Origin: Candidatus Cryptobacteroides sp. | GTDB lineage: Bacteria > Bacteroidota > Bacteroidia > Bacteroidales > UBA932 | Reading direction: 5' to 3' | Assembly (NCBI GenBank): GCA_045125535.1 | Contig: JBGVNK010000031.1 | Coordinates: forward strand, 22,137 to 86,136 | DNA: 64,000 nucleotides | Shown here: piece after piece, positions 38,319 to 49,389 of the stretch | Layout of the letters: each line of letters opens with the position of its first letter | Position numbering within the stretch: the first letter of the stretch is position 1 | The notes under the pieces: model-generated | Database searches by the model: none | Seen by the model: only the letters and a program-made list of their open reading frames with translations | What the model was told of the DNA's origin: nothing | Made by a program: the position numbers and the translations under genes

Positions 38319-39722
38319 CTTAATAAAAATGCTTATTTATGGGGGATTGTTACAAAGATACTTCCTTCTTTAATTCAAATAGTGACTAATATTATATTAG
38401 CCAGATTGTTGACGCCTAGTGATTTTGGTACAATTGGAGTATTGAACGTATTCTTTCTTGTTGCTAATGTTTTGATTGAGTCTGGACTCGGTGGTAGTCT
38501 AGTAAAAGAAGAAAAAGTTTCTAAACTTGATTGCTCTACAATAGGTACGTTTAGTTTGTTCATAAGTTTTGTTATTTATGCGTTACTGTTTGTATTTGCT
38601 CCAATTATAGAAACCTATTTTGGGATTCTTGGACTAACTAAGATTGTTCGAATTATTTCAATATCCTTTATTATTAGTTCTTTTAGTATAGTACCAAATG
38701 CACTTCTTACACGAGAATTGAGATTCAAGAGTTTATTTTACATTACGATAGTATCAGTTTTACTTTCTTCTTTCTTAGCGATTTTTCTGGCTGCTAAAAA
38801 CTATGGGGTATATTCTTTAGTGGCTTATCAGTTAGGGATAGTCTTTTTTTCAGCTATTCTATCTATTATAAAGTCAAGATATTTTTATATACCTGGGTTT
38901 AGCAAAGATTCTTTTAAGAGATTATTTTCTTTCGGCTTTTATACTACTATTACTTCTGTAATAGATACGGTATATGAAAATCTTCTTGCAATGCTAATCG
39001 GAAAATATTTAGGTGTTGTACAGGCTGGTTATTTAACACAAGCAAAGAAGTTAGAAGAAGGAATGACCACTTCAATATCTAGGGCATTAGCTAATGTGTC
39101 ATTTCCCATAATGACGAAAATAAAAGATAATAGACAAGCATTTATTAAAGAATCGTATTTGCTAATTGAAAATATCATTAAGTATCTATTTCCTGTTCTG
39201 ATAGTAATAATTGTTTTGGCTGAAGAAATTATAGTGGTTCTTTTAGGGAGAGAATGGCTTGAATCTGTATTTTATTTTAAACTTTTAATGTGGGCAGGGC
39301 TAACAATGATTATAGAGTCTACTATAAGAAGTTATATTAAGAGTTTGTGCAAAGTTAAGCAATTAATGAATTTAACTTTTTTGAAGCGAATATTGGGTAT
39401 TTTAATATTGATAGTTTGTGTAGCTTTAAACAAAGAATTTTTGATTTATGGATATATTGTAGGTAGTATATTGGCCTTATTGTTGAATTCTTTTTATTTT
39501 GCTAATGCCATTTCTATTACTATTTCTGAATTATACAAATTTTTGTTTAATAAGTTGTGGGTACTTATTAGCGTGTTTCTTTTAATGATTTTCTTAAGGT
39601 ATATTATAGATAATAGGATACTATATGTGTTCATAGTTTTACTTATACTGATAGCATATTATGCCTATATTTTATTACCATCCTTAATAGAAATATCCAA
39701 AACTCGTAGAAATGTCAACTAA
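38316..39722 (+). CDS. wzx: oligosaccharide flippase
   Basis: ILARLLTPSDFG, about 12 TM helices, LIGKYLG...GYL, SFPIMTK (WzxC-like). Start at ATG 38316. Confidence 0.88.
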   Translation: MLNKNAYLWGIVTKILPSLIQIVTNIILARLLTPSDFGTIGVLNVFFLVANVLIESGLGGSLVKEEKVSKLDCSTIGTFSLFISFVIYALLFVFAPIIETYFGILGLTKIVRIISISFIISSFSIVPNALLTRELRFKSLFYITIVSVLLSSFLAIFLAAKNYGVYSLVAYQLGIVFFSAILSIIKSRYFYIPGFSKDSFKRLFSFGFYTTITSVIDTVYENLLAMLIGKYLGVVQAGYLTQAKKLEEGMTTSISRALANVSFPIMTKIKDNRQAFIKESYLLIENIIKYLFPVLIVIIVLAEEIIVVLLGREWLESVFYFKLLMWAGLTMIIESTIRSYIKSLCKVKQLMNLTFLKRILGILILIVCVALNKEFLIYGYIVGSILALLLNSFYFANAISITISELYKFLFNKLWVLISVFLLMIFLRYIIDNRILYVFIVLLILIAYYAYILLPSLIEISKTRRNVN

Positions 39723-41145
39723 GTTATATTATCATATATCAATTCTTATATTAGTATTTATATTAATAGTATGTTTATTTCAATTTAATACTAGTTATTA
39801 TAATGGATTGAATAATCATGCACTTATGATTACTTCAATAGTATCAATTATAGTATTATTCATCCATATAATATCTCCATGTCAGCCGTTTAAGAAAAAA
39901 GAAAATCACTTTTTTAAAATATCTTCCTTTTTCTTACTTTCATTCTTCCTAGTTCATTTTTCTAATTATATACATTATGTATTAAAAACTGTTGATCTAC
40001 GCTTTTTAGAATCTGAATCTGTTAATAAGGCAGCGATTTTATCGTTATGTTGTTTTATCTCTGTCGTTTTAGGTATAAGATCGACTTATAAACCGTTTAA
40101 AATTAGAACAAGTGTTAGGTTTGATAATAGAACTAATGATTTTTTGTCATATATTTTTTTTATTGCCATTTGTTTATTTTACGGTTTTACTGATAAAAGA
40201 TTCTTTTCTTCAGGTGGAAACTTTGAAATTCTAAATAATATTGGCTGGCATCCACTTGGACAGGTTGGAAATAGCCTTTGTATAGCTGCTGTATTAGCTT
40301 CTATTATTAGTGTTTATTACAGGTGTTATGATCAAAATATATCTCATATAACTTTTAAGGAATATTTAAAATTGTTTCCACTTAAATTCTATTTTTTATT
40401 ATTTGTATATATAGGGTTAATATTGGTCTCTGGTGATAGAGGCCCTATGATTGATATAGGAATAGCTTTTGTTTCTAACTACTTTATTGTGACTAGAAAA
40501 AAAGTTAAAATCTCTCAAATAATAATATTAATATTAATTGCTTCATTTACATTAACTTTTTTGGCATATTTAAGAGCGGATCCAGATGAATTATCGGTAG
40601 ATAAAGTATTAGCTGTTTCTGACCGTATGAAGGAATCGAATGAAAACACTAATGGCTTATATATTATGACTAAAGACTTGTCAAATGTCGTTGATGCTTA
40701 TCACTTAGTGTTTTCTTATACTGAGAGCTATGGGATAATATATGGTTTAGGTACTTTCTTTCAAATAGTAGGGATTTTGCCAGGTATACGCTCTATTATA
40801 TATAATATTTTAGGTTTAGATATATCAATCTTGAGTACGGATGTGATCGCAACCAACTTGTTGGGTGAGGGATATGGTGCTGGAACAACTTGTGTTGCTG
40901 ACACTTTTTATAATTTTGGTCTTTATGGTGCTGTGCTGATTTTTTTTGTATTCGGTAAATTGATAAGGAAACTCGAATTATCAATATATGATTATTCAGG
41001 GAGCTTATTTATTATAGTAGTTGCGTTTAGTTATCTGACTAAGTCTATTTATTTAGGTAGATCAAGCTTATTTCAGCCCATGAATCTGATTGCTTATACT
41101 TTTTTATGCCTATTTCTATCAACAATTTTTCTTAAGAGAAAATAA
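39712..41145 (+). CDS. wzy: O-antigen/polysaccharide polymerase
   Basis: Highly hydrophobic, 10+ TM, SGDRG, large periplasmic loop, GAGTTCVADTFYNFG; follows wzx. Confidence 0.8.
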   Translation: MSTKLYYHISILILVFILIVCLFQFNTSYYNGLNNHALMITSIVSIIVLFIHIISPCQPFKKKENHFFKISSFFLLSFFLVHFSNYIHYVLKTVDLRFLESESVNKAAILSLCCFISVVLGIRSTYKPFKIRTSVRFDNRTNDFLSYIFFIAICLFYGFTDKRFFSSGGNFEILNNIGWHPLGQVGNSLCIAAVLASIISVYYRCYDQNISHITFKEYLKLFPLKFYFLLFVYIGLILVSGDRGPMIDIGIAFVSNYFIVTRKKVKISQIIILILIASFTLTFLAYLRADPDELSVDKVLAVSDRMKESNENTNGLYIMTKDLSNVVDAYHLVFSYTESYGIIYGLGTFFQIVGILPGIRSIIYNILGLDISILSTDVIATNLLGEGYGAGTTCVADTFYNFGLYGAVLIFFVFGKLIRKLELSIYDYSGSLFIIVVAFSYLTKSIYLGRSSLFQPMNLIAYTFLCLFLSTIFLKRK

Positions 41146-41185
41146 TGTGATAAAAGAGAGCATGATTTATACTAACTATTAAAGA

Positions 41186-42262
41186 ATGAAGATATTATTA
41201 TTTACGGACTCTTTAGGAGCAGGTGGTGCCCAAAGGCAGTTAGTAGGACTAGCTTGTATGCTAAAAAATAGTGGTTATCAAGTTAAGTTTTTAACGTATT
41301 ATAATTATGATTTTTATAAGCATGTATTAGATTCCAATAATATAGAAAACATAGTCTTATCTAATGCAATAAATCCTTATAATAGACTTTTAAAAGTAAG
41401 GAATTATATTAAATCGTATGCACCAGATTGGGTTATAGCATATCAAGAGACACCATCTTTAATAGCATGTGTGGCCAAATTATTAGGTTGTAATTCGAAG
41501 TTATTAGTAAGTGAACGTAATACAACTCAAAAGATAACCTTTAAGGATAAGCTTCGCTTTTCATTCTACAGGTTAGCAGACAGGATTGTTCCCAATTCAT
41601 ATACTCAGACTGAATTATTATTGAAGAATTATCCATGGATGAAAGATCGTTTACAAACAATAACAAATTTCGTTGATTTAGATAAATTTAGTTTTAAAAT
41701 AGGAGAATTAAATAATCCCCCTTTGATTATTGTCGTTTCCTCAATATGGCCACCTAAGAATACTATAGGCATGATAGAAGCGGTCCGGAAATTGGTTTCT
41801 TTAGGGTATAAATTTAATATAAAATGGTATGGCTTAGTTGATGATCAAGTTGAGTATGTGAGTAAATGTTTTAATTTAATTGAAGAGTACAAACTTAGCG
41901 AGTATATATGTCTTCTTCCTAAAATTAAAAATATAGAAGACAAGTATAAGGAATGCAATTTTTTGTGTCTTCCGTCTTTTTATGAAGGTACCCCAAATGT
42001 TATTTGTGAAGCGATAGCATCTGGAAGACCTGTCATTTGTAGTGATGTTTGTGATAATAAGAGGTATGTTCATGAAGGTGTAAATGGATTTTTATTTAAT
42101 CCTAATGATAGTAATGATATTGCAAAATCAATAATAAAAGCGTTACAGCTATCAACTGATAATTATATGGAAATGTGTAAAAGTAGTAGAAAAATAGCAG
42201 AAGAATTGTTAGATGAATTGACATTCTTTGAACAATATAATGCTATTATAAGAAATTCTTAA
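41186..42262 (+). CDS. glycosyltransferase family 4
   Basis: DSLGAGGAQRQL, VSERN, LPSFYEGTPNVICEAIASGRPVI (EX7E). Confidence 0.9.
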   Translation: MKILLFTDSLGAGGAQRQLVGLACMLKNSGYQVKFLTYYNYDFYKHVLDSNNIENIVLSNAINPYNRLLKVRNYIKSYAPDWVIAYQETPSLIACVAKLLGCNSKLLVSERNTTQKITFKDKLRFSFYRLADRIVPNSYTQTELLLKNYPWMKDRLQTITNFVDLDKFSFKIGELNNPPLIIVVSSIWPPKNTIGMIEAVRKLVSLGYKFNIKWYGLVDDQVEYVSKCFNLIEEYKLSEYICLLPKIKNIEDKYKECNFLCLPSFYEGTPNVICEAIASGRPVICSDVCDNKRYVHEGVNGFLFNPNDSNDIAKSIIKALQLSTDNYMEMCKSSRKIAEELLDELTFFEQYNAIIRNS

Positions 42263-42306
42263 TTTCCATTCATCATCGCGGTTATCAATATCTAAGAATT
42301 GTTCAT

Positions 42307-42834
42307 ATGAGTATAAAGTCATTTTTTAGTTTTATAAAAGAGTTGTATTTTAGATATAGGCTAAGTCCTGTTGACTATGCACGATATTGTGGGGTAACAG
42401 TAGGGGAAATTGTACTATTAATATTAGGAAGTGGGGAACCGAACCATATCTCATAAAAATAGGTAATAATGTTGCTATAACGTCTTGTGTATCAATACAT
42501 ACCCATGGGGGAGAGAGTAGCTAGACGCCAAATTCCCGATTTTGATTGCTTTGGAAAGGTCGTTATTGAAGATTGGGTATACATAGGTACGGGAAGTCAA
42601 ATTATGCCAGGTGTTACAATTGGAGAGGGATCATTAATTGCTGCAGGAAGTATTGTTACTAAATCGGTCCCGCCCAATGTTGTTGTTGGAGGAAACCCAG
42701 CGAAAATATTATGTAGCATTGAAGATTATATTAATAAAAATTCAATTTATAATCTCTCAACTAAGCAAATGCCTAGAGATAAAAAGAAACAGTTTCTCCT
42801 AAGTTTACCCGATGAGAAGTTTATAAGAAAATAA
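42307..42834 (+). pseudogene. LbH acyltransferase with two frameshifts (pseudogene or sequencing error)
   Basis: ATG 42307 MSIKSFF..YARYCGVTVGE; shifted frame NCTINIRKWGTEPYLIKIGNNVAITSCVSIHTHG; back in frame RVARRQIPDFDCFGKVVIEDWVYIG. Collinear with the intact neighbouring paralog. Confidence 0.8.
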
Positions 42835-42847
42835 ACATAACGGTAAA

Positions 42848-43387
42848 ATGAATATTATTGACAAATTTAAAAGTTTGTATTGGCGCTTTATTAAATCACC
42901 CGAAGCTTATGCTCGATATTTAGGTGTTAAAATCGGTTCAAATTGTCTAATAGATACCCGCTTTTGGCCTTCTGAACCATATCTAATTGCAATAGGAAAT
43001 AATGTTCAAATCACTTCGCGAGTTTCTATATATACACATGGAGGATGTAATGCAGTGAGGAGAATAGATCCAGATTTTGATTGTTTTGGGAAAGTCGTCA
43101 TTGAAGATTGGGCTTATATAGGCTCTCAATCCGTAATCATGCCTGGCGTAACAGTTGGAGAAGGGGCAATAGTGGCTGCAGGTTCAGTTGTTACGAAGTC
43201 TGTTCCACCTTATACTGTAGTTGGAGGGAATCCCGCAAAATTTATATGTAGCATAGATGAATATTATAAAAAGAACATTCAGTTTAATGTTTCAACAAAA
43301 AAAATGAGTGCACAAGATAAAAAGAAGATATTATTGTCGCTTTCAGACGAGAGATTTATTAGAAAGCCCGTAATGAAAGATATATAG
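42848..43387 (+). CDS. hexapeptide-repeat (LbH) acyltransferase
   Basis: GVKIG, EPYLIAIGNNV, VVIEDWAYIG..IMPGVTVGEGAIVAAGSVVTKSVP..VVGGNPAK. Confidence 0.9.
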   Translation: MNIIDKFKSLYWRFIKSPEAYARYLGVKIGSNCLIDTRFWPSEPYLIAIGNNVQITSRVSIYTHGGCNAVRRIDPDFDCFGKVVIEDWAYIGSQSVIMPGVTVGEGAIVAAGSVVTKSVPPYTVVGGNPAKFICSIDEYYKKNIQFNVSTKKMSAQDKKKILLSLSDERFIRKPVMKDI

Positions 43388-43478
43388 CAATCATTTATTG
43401 AAGTTTTCTGATAAAATGCACGAGTCAATCTTGTTTGATTGCTATCGGTAATAAACTCTAAAAGAAGTTCATATTATT

Positions 43479-44681
43479 ATGAGTCGTTTGTTTGTATTCC
43501 CTGTACGGTTTCCTTTCACAAATATTGTAGAGTGTTTCCTTAATGAAGAGGTATCATATTTATCTAAAAGTTTTGATGAAGTAATATTTGTCCCTCTGAA
43601 GAAAGAAGTCGTAAATCCAAAACCTCTGCCTGATAATTGTAATATAATAGAACCTATATTTTCCAATAAATATTTGTTCTTTCTAAGAGGGCTTTTTTGC
43701 ACTAGGACTTTTGGTATGCTCTGGTCAGATTTTTTTGGAAACAGAGTGTGGTCAGATTTATCAAAGTTTAAAATTTGGTTAATTGGATATATTACGATAA
43801 ATAGTTTGGTTAATTCCAGACAGATTAAGAATTTAGAGAAAACACTCAGATCAGAGGATGTCTGTTATTTCTATTGGGGAAAGTGGAGTAATGCTTTAGC
43901 GATTTTATGGAAAGATAAAGCCAAATGTGTTTCACGTTTTCATGGTTGGGGTGACTTATGGGAGGCGGATTATAACGAATATTTTCCACTCAGAAAACTT
44001 GTAATGGGTTCGCTAAAGTGTGCTATCCATATTTCTTCTATAGGAGAAAAGTATTTCTTAGATAAGTATCCAAATTGTAAAATGGTTCTCCATAGGTTAG
44101 GATCGTTTGATAATGGGTGTAAATTTGATTTACAGAATGGATCAATTAATATTATAAGTTGTTCATCATTATGGCCTTTAAAAAGAGTTGACTTAATTAT
44201 TGACTCCGTATACGAACTTTCTAAAATAATCGATAAGCCAATAAGTTATACACATATCGGTGGAAATCATAATGAAGTCGAAAAGATGGAAACTTATGCA
44301 AGAACTAAACTTAATGATAATTTGCACATTAGTTTTTTAGGCTCCATGCCTCATGATGATGTACTAAAGTATTATCAAACCCACGCTTGCGATGTTTTTA
44401 TCAACTTAAGTACAACAGAAGGTGTCCCAGTATCTATTATGGAGGCAATTTCTTTTAACATACCTACGGTAGCTACTAATGTTGGCGGAACATCTGATGT
44501 TGTGAAGAACGGAGTTTCTGGTGAATTAGTGTCGGAGAATCCTAGTCCTAAAGAAGTAGCTTCTGCAATATTAAAAGTTTTGAATAATATGACAAAATAT
44601 CAACCTCGAAAATATTGGGATGACAATTTTAATGCTTCTAAGAATTATACGAACTTTGCGGAGTTCCTTAAAAGAATATAG
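43479..44681 (+). CDS. glycosyltransferase family 4
   Basis: SRFHGWGDL, LKRVDLI, STTEGVPVSIMEAISFNIPTVATNVGG. Confidence 0.88.
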   Translation: MSRLFVFPVRFPFTNIVECFLNEEVSYLSKSFDEVIFVPLKKEVVNPKPLPDNCNIIEPIFSNKYLFFLRGLFCTRTFGMLWSDFFGNRVWSDLSKFKIWLIGYITINSLVNSRQIKNLEKTLRSEDVCYFYWGKWSNALAILWKDKAKCVSRFHGWGDLWEADYNEYFPLRKLVMGSLKCAIHISSIGEKYFLDKYPNCKMVLHRLGSFDNGCKFDLQNGSINIISCSSLWPLKRVDLIIDSVYELSKIIDKPISYTHIGGNHNEVEKMETYARTKLNDNLHISFLGSMPHDDVLKYYQTHACDVFINLSTTEGVPVSIMEAISFNIPTVATNVGGTSDVVKNGVSGELVSENPSPKEVASAILKVLNNMTKYQPRKYWDDNFNASKNYTNFAEFLKRI

Positions 44682-44684
44682 TTT

Positions 44685-45095
44685 ATGAACACCCCTAGAA
44701 TCATAGAACTCCCCAAATTCCTTGATGCAAGAGGCAACCTGTCGTTCGCACAGAACAACACGCATATTCCTTTTGTGATCAAGCGTACCTACTGGCTGTA
44801 TGATGTGCCGGGAGGTGAGAGCAGGGGAGGTCATGCATATAGAGAAACGGAAGAGTTTGTAATTGCTCTTTCAGGTAGTTTTGATGTGATTGTGGATGAC
44901 GGCAAGGAGAAGAAGACCTTCCATCTTAACCGTTCCTACTATGGTTTGTATATTCCTAAGGGAATGTGGAGAGAGATGGATAACTTCTCTACCAATTCAC
45001 TTGCTCTGGAGTTTGCTTCTACCAAGTATGATCCTGCCGATTACATCCGTGATTATGATGAATTCTTAAAACTGAAGGAAGATGGCAAAATATAA
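44685..45095 (+). CDS. FdtA/QdtA-family cupin (dTDP-4-keto-6-deoxyhexose 3,4-isomerase)
   Basis: DARGNLSF, PFVIKRTYWLYDVPGGESRGGHAY, W.EMDNFS, DYIRDY. Confidence 0.88.
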   Translation: MNTPRIIELPKFLDARGNLSFAQNNTHIPFVIKRTYWLYDVPGGESRGGHAYRETEEFVIALSGSFDVIVDDGKEKKTFHLNRSYYGLYIPKGMWREMDNFSTNSLALEFASTKYDPADYIRDYDEFLKLKEDGKI

Positions 45096-45528
45096 TGTGT
45101 TCGATTGCACCATGGTGGAGTTGGATAAACACCATAGTGACCGTAAGGGAAACCTTACAGTGGTAGAGAATAGTGAACCTTCGACAGGCTCTGCACAAGG
45201 TACTCTTCCTTTTGATGTGAAGAGAGTGTACTACCTCTATGATGTTCCCGGAGGAGAGAAGCGTGGTTCTCATGCTCACAGGGATTTGAGCCAGTTGATT
45301 ATTGCTGCTTCAGGATCTTTCCGTGTAACACTGGATGACGGCAAGTGCAAGCGATCTTTCTTCTTGAATCGTCCATACCAAGGTCTGTATGTGAAGCCTG
45401 GAATGTGGCGTGATTTGGAAGACTTCTCTTCAGGTGCAGTATGTATGGTGCTTGCATCGGAAGTATATCAGGTGGAAGACTACATCCGCGATTATGATGA
45501 GTTTATTAAGTTTAGAAACGAAGAATAA
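45082..45528 (+). CDS. FdtA/QdtA-family cupin (second copy)
   Basis: DRKGNLTVVE, PFDVKRVYYLYDVPGGEKRGSHAH, WRDLEDFSSG, DYIRDY. Confidence 0.88.
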   Translation: MAKYNVFDCTMVELDKHHSDRKGNLTVVENSEPSTGSAQGTLPFDVKRVYYLYDVPGGEKRGSHAHRDLSQLIIAASGSFRVTLDDGKCKRSFFLNRPYQGLYVKPGMWRDLEDFSSGAVCMVLASEVYQVEDYIRDYDEFIKFRNEE

Positions 45529-45531
45529 AAG

Positions 45532-45990
45532 ATGATACATCCATTAGCTGATTGCCAATGTCCTAATATCCCTGAAAGCACACGCGTATGGCAGTTCTGT
45601 GTCGTTCTTCCTGGGGCTCAGATAGGAGAGGAGTGCAATATCTGCTCTCATTGCCTTGTGGAGAATCAGGCAGTAATCGGTAACCGTTGCACCATCAAGA
45701 GTGGTGTGCAGATTTGGGCCGGAATAGAATTGGAGGACGAAGTATTTGTAGGAGCAAATGTTTCGTTTACCAATGACAAGTATCCTCATTCACATTGCAA
45801 GGAGTGGACACTCCTCAAGACCAAGGTTTGCAAAGGTGCAACCATTGGTGCAGGCTCTACCATTCTCCCCGGTTTGACCATTGGCGAAGGGGCTATGATT
45901 GGTGCAGGTTCTGTGGTTACCAAGGACGTACCAGCCGGTGAACTTTGGGTAGGAAATCCGGCTCGTTGCATAAGTAAAACTGTAAAATAA
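45532..45990 (+). CDS. dTDP-aminosugar N-acyltransferase (FdtC/QdtC/WxcM-like, LbH)
   Basis: [40 protein letters not shown]. Confidence 0.87.
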   Translation: MIHPLADCQCPNIPESTRVWQFCVVLPGAQIGEECNICSHCLVENQAVIGNRCTIKSGVQIWAGIELEDEVFVGANVSFTNDKYPHSHCKEWTLLKTKVCKGATIGAGSTILPGLTIGEGAMIGAGSVVTKDVPAGELWVGNPARCISKTVK

Positions 45991-46007
45991 GAAAAATAAT
46001 ATACAAT

Positions 46008-47135
46008 ATGAATATCCCATTCCTTTCACTTCGAGACGTAACAGCTCTTCACGGAGCAGAGATTAACGAGGCTGTAACTCGTGTAGTAAATAATGGTTGG
46101 TATCTCCAAGGTAAGGAGAACGAAACATTTGAACAACATTATTCAGCGTTCATCGGTTGCAAGCACACAATTGGTTGTGCTAACGGATTGGATGCTCTTA
46201 TCTGGATATTCCGCGCCTATATTGAGATGGGTATCATGCAGCCTGGTGATGAGGTGATTGTGCCTGCCAATACATATATAGCAACAATTCTGGCTATTAC
46301 AGAAAACAATCTTGTTCCTGTTCTTATTGAGCCTAAGCCAAATACTCTTCAGATCGATGATGATCTTATTGAGTCAGCAATTACTCCAAAGACGAAAGCT
46401 ATTGCTCTTGTTCACTTGTATGGTCGCTTGGCTTACACTGATAAGATTGGTGAGATCTGCAAGAAGTACAACTTAAAGCTCGTAGAGGACTGTGCTCAGA
46501 GCCATGGCTGCAAGCATACCGACGGTCGTGTGACTGGTAACATTGGTGATGCTGCTGGTCACTCTTTCTATCCAGGAAAGAACCTCGGTGCTCTTGGTGA
46601 TGGTGGTGCAGTCACAACAAATGACCCTGAACTTGCAGCTTGTGTACGTGCACTTGCGAACTATGGTAGCCAGAAGAAGTATGTGTTCAAGTATGCTGGA
46701 CGTAACTCACGCTTGGATGAGATTCAGGCTGCTGTTCTTGATGTGAAGTTAAAGTATCTGACTGAAGATAATCAGCATAGAAAAGAGGTAGCTCACTACT
46801 ATTATGAGCACATCAACAATCCGTTGATTACTCTTCCAGACCTTCTCCCAGATGAGCAGAATGCATATCACCTTTTCCCAATTATCGTGAAGGGTAAGGA
46901 GAACCGTGATCGTCTGCACGATTATTTGGAGCAGAATGGTGTGGGCACTGTTTGTCATTATCCTATCGCTCCACACAATCAGGAGTGCTATGCTAAGGAG
47001 AACTGGAATATCCCTATGTTGAGCCTTCCTATTACTGAGAGACTGGCAGATGAGGAGTTGAGCCTTCCTATTGGTCCGTCTATTACTTTGGAGGAAGTGG
47101 CTGAGGTCGTGAGATTGGTTAATTTGTTTGAATAA
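46008..47135 (+). CDS. DegT/DnrJ/EryC1/StrS aminotransferase (FdtB/QdtB-like)
   Basis: [53 protein letters not shown]. Confidence 0.92.
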   Translation: MNIPFLSLRDVTALHGAEINEAVTRVVNNGWYLQGKENETFEQHYSAFIGCKHTIGCANGLDALIWIFRAYIEMGIMQPGDEVIVPANTYIATILAITENNLVPVLIEPKPNTLQIDDDLIESAITPKTKAIALVHLYGRLAYTDKIGEICKKYNLKLVEDCAQSHGCKHTDGRVTGNIGDAAGHSFYPGKNLGALGDGGAVTTNDPELAACVRALANYGSQKKYVFKYAGRNSRLDEIQAAVLDVKLKYLTEDNQHRKEVAHYYYEHINNPLITLPDLLPDEQNAYHLFPIIVKGKENRDRLHDYLEQNGVGTVCHYPIAPHNQECYAKENWNIPMLSLPITERLADEELSLPIGPSITLEEVAEVVRLVNLFE

Positions 47136-47155
47136 GAACATACAGATTGCTGTTT

Positions 47156-48391
47156 ATGGCAAAAAACATTTGGCTTGTAAATACGTGTGCAATGCCGCCT
47201 CATTTGGAACCGAGGCTGCAAACCATTAAACTGGCTCAGTATTTAGGTGAGAAGGGATATGAAGTGAAGATCTTTGCATCTTCGGTGATGCATAATATGG
47301 ATATGAACATCATTGAGGATGGTTCACCTTATGTAGAGAAGAGCTATGGAAATGTGCATTTTGTTCACATCAATACGCTTCAGTACGGAAAGAGTAGAGT
47401 GAAGCGCATATTCAGTGCATTGCAGTTCAGATACAAGGTGGCGAAATTGGCTCACAAGTTCCCAAAACCGGATGTGATTATACATGTTCCGGGATTTCTG
47501 TTAGGTTATAAGATTGCTAATCTTGCCAAGAAACTTGGAGCAAAGTATATCACACAGGTTCTTGACCTTTATCCGGAGTCTATTGTAGAACTTGGGGTGA
47601 TGGGACGGAGCAATCCAATCATCAAGGCTCTTAGATGGTATGAGAAGCGGATGTATATCAAGGCTGATGAGCATGTCTTTTCGCAAGAAGGTGGAAAGGA
47701 TTATATTATAAACCAGGGATGGGATAAGGCTCACGGTGGTCCTATAGACTTGAACACTGTTCACTATATCAATAACGGTGTGGATCTGAAGGATTTTGAG
47801 TTCAACAAGGAACATTATACGATGGATGATGCAGACTTGCTTGATACCTCTGTAAAGAAGGTGATGTATCTGGGCTCTATCCGTCTTGCCAACAATGTGA
47901 TGCAACTTGTTAAGGCAGCAGAAGTCCTGAAAGAGAGAGAGGACATTAAGTTCCTTATCTATGGTAATGGTGACGAGCGTCCCGTTCTGGAATCTTATTG
48001 CAAGGAACACAACTTGAAGAATGTGCTGTTCAAAGACAAGTGGGTTGAGCCTAAATATGTGCCTTACATTGTGTCACAGGCCGATGTGCATGTGCTCAAT
48101 TATATGCCGGGAGGTTTCGGTCATTATGGTGGCAGCCAGAGTAAGTCGTTCCAGTATATGGCGAGCGGTAAGCCTATCTGCTGTAATATCCGTATGGCTT
48201 ATTGTCCTATAACCAAGTATAACATTGGTATAGCCAACGAGTTCCAGTCTGCTGAAGAGTATGCTGAAGCGATACTTACTCTGATGGACATGCCAAAGGC
48301 TGAATATGAGGCAATGTGCCTGAGGGCCAAGGAGGCTGCCAAACAGTATGATTACGAGTATCTGACCTCAAAGATGATAGAGATTTTTTAG
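47156..48391 (+). CDS. glycosyltransferase family 4 (WbuB-like)
   Basis: DLYPES, INNGVD, YLGSI, GNGDER, K.FQYMASGKPI. Confidence 0.85.
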   Translation: MAKNIWLVNTCAMPPHLEPRLQTIKLAQYLGEKGYEVKIFASSVMHNMDMNIIEDGSPYVEKSYGNVHFVHINTLQYGKSRVKRIFSALQFRYKVAKLAHKFPKPDVIIHVPGFLLGYKIANLAKKLGAKYITQVLDLYPESIVELGVMGRSNPIIKALRWYEKRMYIKADEHVFSQEGGKDYIINQGWDKAHGGPIDLNTVHYINNGVDLKDFEFNKEHYTMDDADLLDTSVKKVMYLGSIRLANNVMQLVKAAEVLKEREDIKFLIYGNGDERPVLESYCKEHNLKNVLFKDKWVEPKYVPYIVSQADVHVLNYMPGGFGHYGGSQSKSFQYMASGKPICCNIRMAYCPITKYNIGIANEFQSAEEYAEAILTLMDMPKAEYEAMCLRAKEAAKQYDYEYLTSKMIEIF

Positions 48392-48511
48392 TATTACATA
48401 TAGAGTTTAATAAAGTCTCGGAATATTAATAAATTATCTTCCTGTTGCAAGGATTCTGGTAAGGATGGTGTAGATAAGAAGGAAATATAGCTAATAATTT
48501 ACATTGAGGAA

Positions 48512-49141
48512 ATGGGAAAAATAAAATTTAGACTTGCAAAGCCAAGTGATGCAAAGCAAATGACCGATTGCCACTGGACGGTAAGGGATCGTTATACAGA
48601 TGGCATATTTCTCTCTTTGGGAAAATCTTTCCTTCGTGCATATTATGAGATAGTTTTGGATGATCCTAATGAAATCGTCGTGTGCGCAGAGAATGAGAAT
48701 GGAGAAATTGTCGGTTTCTCAAGCGGTTCACTTGATGCAGAGTCACAGGCAAAGACCATCAAAAAGCATAAGATAAAGTTAGGATTTGCAGCAATGTGGG
48801 GCATTATTCAGCATCCTTCATTTCTGAAAGGTGTATGGCAACGATATAGATCGCTAAATAATAAAAGTGAACAGCAGTTTTTACATATGGAGGGTGCACG
48901 CTCTGAATATCTTTGTTGGAAGAAAGGAGCGGATGGCACTATCAATATGATGCTGTTGGACAAGATTAAATTCAAGATGATGGCCGAATTAGGTGTCAAG
49001 GAGGTATTCTTTGAGATTGACAGACATAATGAGAGGTTGTTCAATACTCAGATGCGTGATAAGACCATCACTTTGTTGACAGAATATCAATTGCCGGATG
49101 GCAGAACCAGAGGTTTGTTCAAGAAAGTATTAACGAAATAA
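48512..49141 (+). CDS. GNAT-like protein, probable acyltransferase
   Basis: KFRLAKPSDAKQM..H...F.SLGKSFLRAYY..VVCAE..GEIVGF N-terminal GNAT pattern; next to an ACP. Confidence 0.6.
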   Translation: MGKIKFRLAKPSDAKQMTDCHWTVRDRYTDGIFLSLGKSFLRAYYEIVLDDPNEIVVCAENENGEIVGFSSGSLDAESQAKTIKKHKIKLGFAAMWGIIQHPSFLKGVWQRYRSLNNKSEQQFLHMEGARSEYLCWKKGADGTINMMLLDKIKFKMMAELGVKEVFFEIDRHNERLFNTQMRDKTITLLTEYQLPDGRTRGLFKKVLTK

Positions 49142-49152
49142 TTTTTTATGTC

Positions 49153-49389
49153 ATGACAAATTTAGAAAAGTACAACAATGTATTTATGGAAAATCTTCAG
49201 ATTACTGAAGATCAGTTGGCAGGATTGCAGTATCAGGGTGTAGAACTTTGGGATTCAGTGGGTCACATGTCATTGGTGGCTGCTCTTGAGGACGAGTTCG
49301 ACATCATGATTGATACTGATGACATCATTGACCTTTCTTCATACGAGAAGGGAAAGGAGATTCTTGCTAAGTACGGAGTAGAATTCTAA
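49153..49389 (+). CDS. acyl carrier protein
   Basis: Acidic 78 aa; WDSVGHMSLVAALEDEFDI phosphopantetheine attachment site. Confidence 0.9.
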   Translation: MTNLEKYNNVFMENLQITEDQLAGLQYQGVELWDSVGHMSLVAALEDEFDIMIDTDDIIDLSSYEKGKEILAKYGVEF

